Source: Candidatus Poribacteria bacterium (lineage in GTDB: Bacteria; Poribacteria; WGA-4E; PCPOR2b). From it: 64,000 nt of DNA. The notes beneath the pieces are model-generated. The model was given only the letters and a program-made list of their open reading frames with translations. It was not told where the DNA came from and did not search any database. This document shows, piece by piece, positions 9,863 to 18,697 of the stretch (its first letter is position 1; every line of letters starts with the position of its first letter). Location of the stretch: positions 1,216,001 through 1,280,000 of the forward strand of contig OZ220744.1 of the NCBI GenBank assembly GCA_965116925.1, written 5' to 3'. The translations under genes were made by a program, and so were the position numbers.

Positions 9863-11269
9863 ATGGCTAAGAACAACACCCTCATCTATCGCGCCCAAAC
9901 TGGGGATGAAGAGGCTTTTGCTGCCCTGATGCGGGAGCATTACTCTTTCGTTTATGCGATTGTTATAAGAATCGTGAAAAATTCCCATGACGCCGAAGAA
10001 GTAGTCCAAGACACCTTCCTCAACGCCTATCGTGGATTGACACAGCTTGAGGATACAACCAAATTCAGAAGCTGGTTGGGGGAGATTGCACAAAATTGTG
10101 GGCGAAATTGGCTCCGCAAACAGAGGGACGATACCGTATCCATCGATGAAGTGAGCGAAAATCTTCTTCAAGCGCAAGACTCACCTGATGAGCGGTTAAC
10201 ACAACTGGAACAGAGAGAGCTGATTCGCCGTATCATAGAGACGCTTCCGCAGAAAGATAGAGAGATTGCCCATGCCTACTATCTGGAAGGTGCGAGTTAT
10301 GACGAGCTGACGAGTACACACGGACTGTCATACAACGCCATTGCGTTTCGGCTGTCACGTGCGAAGCAGCAACTCACCAAACGGTTGCGATACCTTCTGA
10401 CCGGCATCTTCGTTTCTCCGGCGATGACACTTAAAAAAATGTATTCAGGAGGGCTAACTGTCATGAAAATTGGAACAGTTCCTAAAATAACGGTTGGAGT
10501 TGCAGCACTGATTGCGCTCATTTTCATCGGCTTCGTCGGCGTCCGCCAGATGAACGCACCCACAATTGAGGAGCGGGTGTATTTGTCGCCGTGGGAAGAT
10601 GGCACTCCACGCCCACAAAACAACTCCGAAGACTTAGCTACCCAAACTGATTTTGCTCAAAATACAGAATTCCGAGACAATCAGTCACAAAATTCTGCCG
10701 CAGAGATCGAACCGAACAAAGATTTCTTGGGGCAATCTGAAGAAATGGATGTGTCACAATTCACGACAGACGCAGAATCTGACATAGAAACGGATCCGGA
10801 CCTCTTTACCGACATATCTATGCTGTTAGATAACGAAGGTCAGCTCGCTGAAGATGTGATGAATGCTTACGTGGAAGCGGTAAGAAGTTTTGACGGTGAA
10901 AGAATACGCCCATTAATGACGGGGGCTGCCAAGGAAAAGTTTGAGAGTCAGATGGTGCCTGCGTTAAAGGGGGAGCTCTCAGAAGAGTATATAAATACAT
11001 TTTATAGCGTAGCTCTTGATATGTCACCAGAGATGGCGGATGAGATGGTAGATTATCTAATTCAGACGGTACAGCCGGAAATGCTACCGCTACTTAAGCA
11101 GATGTTTGGTTCGGCAGCGGTTGCGAGTAGTGAATATGTCGGCGATGAACTCCACTTCCGAATAAGAATGTGGGATCCGCCGGGAACAGAAATGCCGGGA
11201 ATACCACCGGGCCCACCTCATAAAATTCGGAAGGAAAATGGGGTCTGGCGGATCTATGATTCGCCATAA
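9863..11269 (+). CDS. ECF sigma factor with TM helix and extracytoplasmic domain (paralogue 2)
   Basis: Same architecture as paralogue 1; N-terminal half nearly identical. Confidence 0.9.
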   Translation: MAKNNTLIYRAQTGDEEAFAALMREHYSFVYAIVIRIVKNSHDAEEVVQDTFLNAYRGLTQLEDTTKFRSWLGEIAQNCGRNWLRKQRDDTVSIDEVSENLLQAQDSPDERLTQLEQRELIRRIIETLPQKDREIAHAYYLEGASYDELTSTHGLSYNAIAFRLSRAKQQLTKRLRYLLTGIFVSPAMTLKKMYSGGLTVMKIGTVPKITVGVAALIALIFIGFVGVRQMNAPTIEERVYLSPWEDGTPRPQNNSEDLATQTDFAQNTEFRDNQSQNSAAEIEPNKDFLGQSEEMDVSQFTTDAESDIETDPDLFTDISMLLDNEGQLAEDVMNAYVEAVRSFDGERIRPLMTGAAKEKFESQMVPALKGELSEEYINTFYSVALDMSPEMADEMVDYLIQTVQPEMLPLLKQMFGSAAVASSEYVGDELHFRIRMWDPPGTEMPGIPPGPPHKIRKENGVWRIYDSP

Positions 11270-11309
11270 TAACTAGACCAATTTTTAGCACTATCTCGCA
11301 TGACTTCAC

Positions 11310-11343
11310 GAGGCGAATGGTTTGAACCATTCGCCTTTTTTTA
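11310..11343 (+). terminator. Intrinsic terminator
   Basis: aggcgaatgg-tttgaa-ccattcgcct followed by a T tract. Confidence 0.75.
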
Positions 11344-11485
11344 TTTGTCGAGCACGAAAAATCTGTTATCCTAAGAATCCTTTAATCCTGTAAAAATTCC
11401 GATTCAAACAGTTAAATCCCAAAAAAGTGCTAAAAAAAATTGCAGAGCGGCGTTAATAATAAAATGCAAGGGAGGATAACGAGCC

Positions 11486-12916
11486 ATGGCTAGCGACGAT
11501 ACACTCATTAATCGCGCCCAATCTGGGGACGAAGGTGCATTTGTTGATCTGGTACGGGTATATTACCCCTTTGTCTATGCGATTGTTATTAGAATTGTGA
11601 ACGATCCACACGACGCCGAGGAGATCGTGCAAGACACCTTTCTCAACGCCTATCGCGGTTTGGCGGAGTATCAGGAGATGGCAAAGTTCAAAAATTGGTT
11701 GGGGGAGATTGCGCGAAATCGCGCACGAAGCTGGCTGAGAAAACAGCGGATCGATACCGTTCCGATTGATGAAGTGAACGAACACATCCTTGGGACACAA
11801 GATTTGCCAGACGAACAGTTGGTGCGCCATGAACAAAGGGAACTGATTCGCCGTGCAATGGAGACGCTCTCGGAAAAAGATAGGGAGATTGCCCGCGCGT
11901 ATTACCTTGATGGCGCAAGCTACGACGAACTAATCAGTACGCACGGTCTGTCATACAACGCCATTGCATTTCGCCTCTCTCGTGCCAAACGGCAACTCAC
12001 CAAACGGTTGCGATATCTCCTGACTGGCATCTTCGTTTCCCCTGCGATGACACTTAAAAAAATCTATTCAGGAGGCCTAACTGTCATGAAAGTTGGAACG
12101 GTGTCCAAGATAACGATCGGCGCAGCAGTATTAATTGCACTGATTTTTATCGGTTTCATCGGTGTCCGCTATATGAGTGCGCCCACAGTCGAGGAGCGTG
12201 TATATTTATCGCCATGGGAGGACGGCACTGAACGCCCTCAAAACAACTCCGAAGACTTGGCTGCCCAAACTAATTCGCCCCAAAATACGGAAAGCCGGGA
12301 CAATCTGTCACAGAGTTCCACAGAGGGATCGGAACTGATTGACGATTCCTTGGGGCAACCTGAAGAAACGAATACAGCACAGTTCGCAGCAGATGCAGAA
12401 TCTGATATCGAAACGGACTCGGATCTGTTTGCCGACATATCTGCGTTGTTAGACGACGAGGGTCAGCTTGCTGAAGATGTGATGAACGCTTACGTAGAAG
12501 CATTAAGGGGGCTTGACGTTGAAGGAATACTCTCAGTAGTGGCAGGGGCTGCAAAGGAAGAGTTTGAGAGTGAAATGTTGCCTTTCTTAAAGGGGGAGTT
12601 GCCACAAGATCTTATAGATACATATTATAGCGTGGCTCGTGATATTGTGCCCCCAGAGAAACTGGATGAGATGGCAGATGAGTGGATCCAGGCAATGAAA
12701 GGGGCAATGCTACCGGTACTTAAACAGATGCTTGGTTCGGCAGAGATCGTAAGCAGTGAGTATGTCGGCGACGAACTCCACTTCCAAGTAAGAATATCGT
12801 CACCGGAGATACCGGGTGCATCGGATTTCGGGATACCAGAGATGTCGAAAATGCCGGACCAACTTAATAAAATTCGCAAAGAAAATGGGGTGTGGCAGAT
12901 TTATAATTCGCAATAG
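11486..12916 (+). CDS. ECF sigma factor with TM helix and extracytoplasmic domain (paralogue 3)
   Basis: Same architecture; sigma2 more diverged than in paralogues 1 and 2. Confidence 0.9.
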   Translation: MASDDTLINRAQSGDEGAFVDLVRVYYPFVYAIVIRIVNDPHDAEEIVQDTFLNAYRGLAEYQEMAKFKNWLGEIARNRARSWLRKQRIDTVPIDEVNEHILGTQDLPDEQLVRHEQRELIRRAMETLSEKDREIARAYYLDGASYDELISTHGLSYNAIAFRLSRAKRQLTKRLRYLLTGIFVSPAMTLKKIYSGGLTVMKVGTVSKITIGAAVLIALIFIGFIGVRYMSAPTVEERVYLSPWEDGTERPQNNSEDLAAQTNSPQNTESRDNLSQSSTEGSELIDDSLGQPEETNTAQFAADAESDIETDSDLFADISALLDDEGQLAEDVMNAYVEALRGLDVEGILSVVAGAAKEEFESEMLPFLKGELPQDLIDTYYSVARDIVPPEKLDEMADEWIQAMKGAMLPVLKQMLGSAEIVSSEYVGDELHFQVRISSPEIPGASDFGIPEMSKMPDQLNKIRKENGVWQIYNSQ

Positions 12917-13008
12917 TCATTCAACCACCTTGCAGCTCTATTTTGCAAGATTTCGCTAAGTGAATGATGCTATCTATATTTTCACTTAACACAAGAAAGG
13001 AGACAAAC

Positions 13009-13374
13009 ATGAAATTCCAACAAATTGGTGCACTTTTCTGTGCTGTTTTGATTATCTCTGGGTGTGCTTCAAGCACCTCCCACGATTTTTTTACAAACCG
13101 GTACTCCCTTGACACCGAGGAGTTTGACCGCGGCTATAAAGCGGGTATTGCCTTCGCGAAAACGGAGGGACCTTTTAGCTCCTCACCAAAGGATGTGCCA
13201 TCTGCGATGCAAAAGATAATCGAAACCGAGTCGGATTCGTATCAAAAAGGGTTCTTCGCAGGCTATCGCGATCGAAAAGTTAGAAATCAGCAGTTGAACG
13301 GTGTTGTTTTCTGGAGTTCATGGGCGGTTATCATGACCGGTCTCATTCTAAGCGACGATCTACGCGAAGAATAG
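13009..13374 (+). CDS. Putative lipoprotein with a C-terminal hydrophobic segment
   Basis: AAAGGAG RBS; MKFQQIGALFCAVLIISGC signal peptide and lipobox; two GY..G-like repeats. Confidence 0.7.
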   Translation: MKFQQIGALFCAVLIISGCASSTSHDFFTNRYSLDTEEFDRGYKAGIAFAKTEGPFSSSPKDVPSAMQKIIETESDSYQKGFFAGYRDRKVRNQQLNGVVFWSSWAVIMTGLILSDDLREE

Positions 13375-13691
13375 TACTAGGAATGTGCGAAAAACCTTCT
13401 TTCAATTTGTCGCACTTAGGTTTAGCTAGTGGTTTGTTTTAACCGGGTCGGTAGTCTTTGCTCAGTCTCGCGATACTCTCTGACATATTTGGCTCATTGA
13501 TTCATTTTTCACGTTTCACGCATCACGTTTCACTTTTTCAGTTTTGCGCTTTACTTCTGACGTAAGCCACATATTTCTATTGCCTTCTTTTTTACATCGT
13601 GATAACATCTATAGTGTCTCAATTTCAATGACCGTATTGGAAATCGCACAGTGTAAATCGTCTCATCTAGAACTCCAAAAGGAGGTCTGTT

Positions 13692-15107
13692 ATGTACACG
13701 AGTGTCCAATATCCCGATACTATAGAACCTCAGGTGCAATTTATAGAGGAAACCGCGCCTGAAGACATTGTGGAAAAGACGATAGAAAAACTCCACGCTG
13801 GGGTTTCGATTAAGGAAATGTGTACCGCGTCTGCGCTAGCGGTGGTTCGTTCATCGGAGATGCCTTTCTTTGTGAATGGACAGTGGGGCCATCACGGTGG
13901 ACACATGCATCCCGTTTCTGGAATACATGCGGTGAAAGAGATCGCCTCAAGGCTTGCTGGGGACAATCGCTTTCTACCTGTGGTGCAAAACGTCGCCCTA
14001 TCCAATAAGCACATCCATCATCCCTCCATGGGTCCCTATGTGCTGCCCGCATTTGAACCACTTGATGCCGGTGGGGTGGAGGAAACGAAAAGGGCGTTCC
14101 TTGATGCGGTGCGGCGTGGCTCTGTTAATGACGCTGACCATTACTTTCTTTGGCTCGTTCAACACATACCGCACGAAGAAGCGCTGGATATACTTCTAAC
14201 GGTTGCCACCCTAAAGAATCTGGTGGATGACCATAAGTTCATCTATCCCATCTATACGTGGCGACTGCTCGAATGGCTGGATTGGGAACACCTTCAGGTG
14301 CTCACCCGTGGACCTGTCCGATACATCTCACAGCCGCCTTCAGCGAAGCCTGTGCAAGAAATTAACGAGTTGATTGAGAAATATCAACTGCTGTCAACCC
14401 CGCTGCGCCAAACGACGGGAGCTGATGAAACTGACGCTATCGTTCGATTGCGTGCAGGGTTGAACGACTGCGCCTTCACCGACATCCCTGAAACAACCGC
14501 CAAGGCACTTGCGGAAGGGCTTTCGTTAGAGGGAGCCGGTGAAGCACTTTCACTTGCCGCTTCAGACCTTTTCTTGCGCTTGGATACCAGCAATCCGATG
14601 GATGTCCACATGCACACCGGCGTCAATGCGAGGCGTCATGTCCTGCGGGTCAACGGTATCTGCAAAGAGAACAAGATTTTAGCCCTCCTGCTATGGAATT
14701 CGGGTCCCGAAGTCAGAAATGCACAAGGTCGTATTGATGACGGACCTTATCCTTCTCCCGACGCCGTAGCTGCAACTCCTCAACAAGGTCAGGAACAACT
14801 GTTGTCTGCTATTGAGGATGCTATCGCTGCCAATGACGTTGACCATGCAGCAACCCTGACAGCAAAGTATGGAGAGCTGGAACATGACCCGCAAGCATTA
14901 ATCACCTGCCTCACCGAAATCGTCTGCCGGGATAATGCGACAGAGATGCATGCGCTGAAGCACCATCAAGCAACGGTTGAAGAGTTCCAGACAACCCGTC
15001 CTCCATTCCGTTCCCGCCACATGGTTGCCGCAGCAAAAGCCGCAGCCATCTCGTATGGGACAGCCCAAGAGGTATATGAAAGGGCGAAACAGTTTTTGAA
15101 TAACTGA
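13692..15107 (+). CDS. Hypothetical His-rich helical protein
   Basis: 471-aa ORF with a GGAGG RBS; HHGGHMHP, DDHKFIY, MDVHMHTG and EMHALKHH clusters. Confidence 0.75.
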   Translation: MYTSVQYPDTIEPQVQFIEETAPEDIVEKTIEKLHAGVSIKEMCTASALAVVRSSEMPFFVNGQWGHHGGHMHPVSGIHAVKEIASRLAGDNRFLPVVQNVALSNKHIHHPSMGPYVLPAFEPLDAGGVEETKRAFLDAVRRGSVNDADHYFLWLVQHIPHEEALDILLTVATLKNLVDDHKFIYPIYTWRLLEWLDWEHLQVLTRGPVRYISQPPSAKPVQEINELIEKYQLLSTPLRQTTGADETDAIVRLRAGLNDCAFTDIPETTAKALAEGLSLEGAGEALSLAASDLFLRLDTSNPMDVHMHTGVNARRHVLRVNGICKENKILALLLWNSGPEVRNAQGRIDDGPYPSPDAVAATPQQGQEQLLSAIEDAIAANDVDHAATLTAKYGELEHDPQALITCLTEIVCRDNATEMHALKHHQATVEEFQTTRPPFRSRHMVAAAKAAAISYGTAQEVYERAKQFLNN

Positions 15108-15258
15108 TACCGTTTAGGGGGCCAATGTTTTCTTCGCATTGCTTTCAATGTCTAAAACTAACGAATAGGGATGCAGAGGTCGAGGTGGGACAGAGAGACG
15201 CTGAGTGGGTTCACCCTTTTTTCGTGACTTGCCTGGTGACACTAACAGGAGATTTTGG

Positions 15259-17406
15259 ATGAGAGGCTTCGCGTTTCTCTTTCTTCCGCTTCTTATGCTT
15301 GGAGGAGTGGTAGACGCACAACTACAAAACGGTTTTGTTCCCTTCGATTATCCTGATGCGCCTATAGTTGAATTTCAGTTTGACTTAGACCGTAGCACCA
15401 TTGCGTTGATTATGGAAGACACGGATCCCCGTATCGTTTCGCTGTTCAACGCGTTAGCACACCTACACCTCCGTAGCTACAAGGCAAGCCATTTTGACAA
15501 GATACTTTGGTACTACGGAACGAACTTGAAAGCACGAGGATGGAGCACCTTCGAGAAAAGCGCGAACTTTCACCTATACACCCTCACGCAAAACGAGACC
15601 GTTATCGGTATCTTTGTGGCTGTCAAAAGCGGAAAGGAGATGTATCTGATAAATATGGACGGTCAGTTCGCACCAAAACAGGTCAGCGAACTGGTGGAAA
15701 ATCTCAGTGCGTTGGGCATTGAGATACCCGAGCTGAACGCTTTCGGCACGCGATCTGCCCCTGTATCCGCTTCAACCCTGCTTCGGACACCCGAAGGCGA
15801 TCCGATCCATGAGGTGCGAATTCAAGCGAATCAGACAACCATTGAACCCCAAGTTAGAGCGATGCTTGATGAGGGGCCAGATGAGCTCATCGCAGTGATG
15901 GCAGCCTTGCGTGGCAAACTCCCGGATACTCAGACGCTGACGGTGAGGATTGGCACGGAAGGTGGTAAGCGCATCGCAACGATTATCATTACAGCGCGAC
16001 CGGATACGGTGGATTTGTCAGTTTCGTCAATGGCAGCCGCCGATGAAATCGCGCAGGAGCAAGGCCCCCCAACACGATTTCGGACGGTCGAAGGTGAACC
16101 GATTCACGAAATCCGGATCCGAGGCAATCGGAAAATTACCGAGGTGGAGATTCGAGCTGCCCTCGACGAAGCACCAGAGAACATCGGAAAAGCAATTGAC
16201 ACCTTGAAGGAGGCACTGCCCTATTTTAGTCGAATCTCCCTACAGATCGAAGAGGACGGCACGAAGCGAGTTGCGACAGTTACCGTTGCGGAAAAAGCAC
16301 TTTCTTCCGACTATTACCTCCATGCGACACCACTCATTCAGTTTAACCGCGTCACCGGATTGTTACCCGCTGCGCGCCTTGAAGTGGGAAAACGGAGGCA
16401 GATGGGGCCCCTCTGGCTGTGGTACATCCCCAGTACGGTTAGAGCACGTCTGACAAAACTGTCTGGGGATATAGGCTACGGATTTGGAAATCGAGATCTC
16501 AATTACCGAGTGGGTGGAGATATGATCTGGGGTGAACCGGACATTTCAACTCTGGGGATCTCCGCTCAGATTTATCGTGGGACAAATGTTATTGCCCCGG
16601 ACCTCTTACCATACTATGCCAATTTGTCGACTGCTTGGGCTAACCTTTGGGGCACACCTCAGGTACACAACTACTATTTGAACAAAGGTATTGAGATGTC
16701 GCTTCGATGGGAGCCGGTGGGGCCAACGCATGCTCTCAAATTTATGGTGAGTGCCGAGTCACATGAAAGCCTGCAAAAGACTACAGATTGGCACATTAAC
16801 AATTGGTCTTCAGAATTGAAAGCGCGAGAAAATCCACCGATAACCCCCGGCGAGCTGCGAAGCGTTACGTTGCAATACAATTTAAGTACGCGCAGAAACC
16901 GTAACATCGGTTGGCGCAATACCTTGCTTATCGAGCACAGCAGCCCTGTTATCGGTTCTGCTTTTGATTTTACACGATTTCAACTACAGCTGCGATATGC
17001 CGTGCCAAGAGGTAACAATCTCATCCGTACACGATTGATGTTGGGGGCTGCCACTGGAACGTTGCCGATTCAACGCCAATTTATGCTTGGAGGGGCGGGA
17101 ACGCTTAACGGGTATCCACCCTATACGTTCACAGGGGACCACGGGGCTCTACTCAATATAGAATATTTATATCGCCTCTCGAATCTATACCATTGGAGTT
17201 TTCTGAAAGAAACTTTTGTCGTGTTGTTCTTTGATCAGGGACAAGTTTGGAATATGTCTGACAAGCCGTACCGCTTTGCCCCGAAAACAAATGTCGGCAT
17301 CGGTTGGCAATCCGGGGAGGATTACCCCTTCAGATTTTACGTTTCCAAATCCTTGGAGTCAGAGGGGGAGGCTGAAGTCATTTCAACATGGTATTATAGT
17401 TTCTAA
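15259..17406 (+). CDS. Omp85/BamA-TamA-like outer-membrane protein (N-terminal domain, 2 POTRA-like repeats, beta-barrel)
   Basis: Signal peptide after an AGGAG RBS; PIHEIRIRGNRKITE repeats; QFMLGGAGTLNGY loop-6-like motif; terminal WYYSF. Confidence 0.7.
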   Translation: MRGFAFLFLPLLMLGGVVDAQLQNGFVPFDYPDAPIVEFQFDLDRSTIALIMEDTDPRIVSLFNALAHLHLRSYKASHFDKILWYYGTNLKARGWSTFEKSANFHLYTLTQNETVIGIFVAVKSGKEMYLINMDGQFAPKQVSELVENLSALGIEIPELNAFGTRSAPVSASTLLRTPEGDPIHEVRIQANQTTIEPQVRAMLDEGPDELIAVMAALRGKLPDTQTLTVRIGTEGGKRIATIIITARPDTVDLSVSSMAAADEIAQEQGPPTRFRTVEGEPIHEIRIRGNRKITEVEIRAALDEAPENIGKAIDTLKEALPYFSRISLQIEEDGTKRVATVTVAEKALSSDYYLHATPLIQFNRVTGLLPAARLEVGKRRQMGPLWLWYIPSTVRARLTKLSGDIGYGFGNRDLNYRVGGDMIWGEPDISTLGISAQIYRGTNVIAPDLLPYYANLSTAWANLWGTPQVHNYYLNKGIEMSLRWEPVGPTHALKFMVSAESHESLQKTTDWHINNWSSELKARENPPITPGELRSVTLQYNLSTRRNRNIGWRNTLLIEHSSPVIGSAFDFTRFQLQLRYAVPRGNNLIRTRLMLGAATGTLPIQRQFMLGGAGTLNGYPPYTFTGDHGALLNIEYLYRLSNLYHWSFLKETFVVLFFDQGQVWNMSDKPYRFAPKTNVGIGWQSGEDYPFRFYVSKSLESEGEAEVISTWYYSF

Positions 17407-17415
17407 GGTTATAGA

Positions 17416-18570
17416 ATGCCCCAACATACAAACCGTGCACTACTCATTTCCTTAGGGTTACATCTGATTTTAGTTATGACAGTTGTTCCTATTCTCATTC
17501 AGCCTGCCGATAAGATTAGGAATAATTCGACTGTGATCCTACTCGAAGTGGAACCAATTCAGCAAGTGCGGCGACGTGTGTTGCGCCAATACCAGCCACC
17601 GATTCGACAAACCCACCGGGCAAAACCTGCGAAACCGCCAATCCCTTCATTGGTTTCGCCGACTAATACGGTGCAGGGTCCCACCCCCCAAGCCCCGGTG
17701 CATCTTGATGTTGCTCCTGCCTTGGTCACTCATGCCAATCTGCCGGAAACAGGTGCCCCTACGCTGCCGAATGCCAGTCTCGGCAAAGGTTTCGCTGGAG
17801 GCGGCACCGTAGAGATTGGTAGAGGCCGTGGAGCAGGTATTGACGGATTTAGGCACGGCGTATCGGGTGAAAACGGTGTCGAGCAGCGATTTACAAGCCT
17901 CACCAGGACAGATGAATTGGGGTTGGGAAATATTGGTGGTGCTTCCACAGGACTTGGTATCTTTGATACAACCGTGAGATCCGGACACGGCTTGGTTGGA
18001 ACTGTTTATGTTCGCGATGCGCCTATTCCTCAGGTGGATCTCTTTGAACGTTGCTTTACACCATCTGGGAGGATCTTTCAGATGCCCCCCTTTGAACATC
18101 TGACGCCGGTCTATACCTTTATTACAGGTAATCTAGATGTATCTCCAAGAAACTATACAGAGGGTTTTCCAACGGCGAAAATGGAGTCTGTCATTGACAA
18201 TTTCGCAATTCGTTTTCGCGGCAAGCTGGCTATTGAGACGCCCGGCACTTACACTTTTGCCCTAAACTCCGATGATGGCTCGAAGTTATACATCAATCAG
18301 AATCTTGTTGTTGATAACGATGGGATTCATACGCCGCGATACGTTCGGGGGAGCCTGAAGCTCGCAACCGGAATGCATCCTATTGAAATTCACTATTTCC
18401 AAGGACAACCCTACCAGATCGCCCTGCAATGGTTCTATCAGCCGCCAAATGGTCAAGAACAGATCGTTCCACCCGAAATGATTTATCTCCCAGAGCCGCC
18501 CCGTCCTCCGAGTGCATTGATAGGACTACAAGATCGACTAAAAAAGATCCGGGGTAAGGAAGTACAATAG
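17416..18570 (+). CDS. Membrane-anchored PA14-domain protein with a Pro/Gly-rich linker
   Basis: TM ALLISLGLHLILV; PA14 signature NFAIRFRG..GTYTF.LNSDDGSKLYI..VVDNDG.H. Confidence 0.82.
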   Translation: MPQHTNRALLISLGLHLILVMTVVPILIQPADKIRNNSTVILLEVEPIQQVRRRVLRQYQPPIRQTHRAKPAKPPIPSLVSPTNTVQGPTPQAPVHLDVAPALVTHANLPETGAPTLPNASLGKGFAGGGTVEIGRGRGAGIDGFRHGVSGENGVEQRFTSLTRTDELGLGNIGGASTGLGIFDTTVRSGHGLVGTVYVRDAPIPQVDLFERCFTPSGRIFQMPPFEHLTPVYTFITGNLDVSPRNYTEGFPTAKMESVIDNFAIRFRGKLAIETPGTYTFALNSDDGSKLYINQNLVVDNDGIHTPRYVRGSLKLATGMHPIEIHYFQGQPYQIALQWFYQPPNGQEQIVPPEMIYLPEPPRPPSALIGLQDRLKKIRGKEVQ

Positions 18571-18697
18571 CTGTGAATACAGTGTAAAACCAAGAAGGAG
18601 AGAATTGTTGTACAGCTGCTAGCGAACTATGTGATAGCGGATGTGAATCGTACGATTCCCTCACAACTTGCCTGATTGCGATAATGGGAAATTTTAG

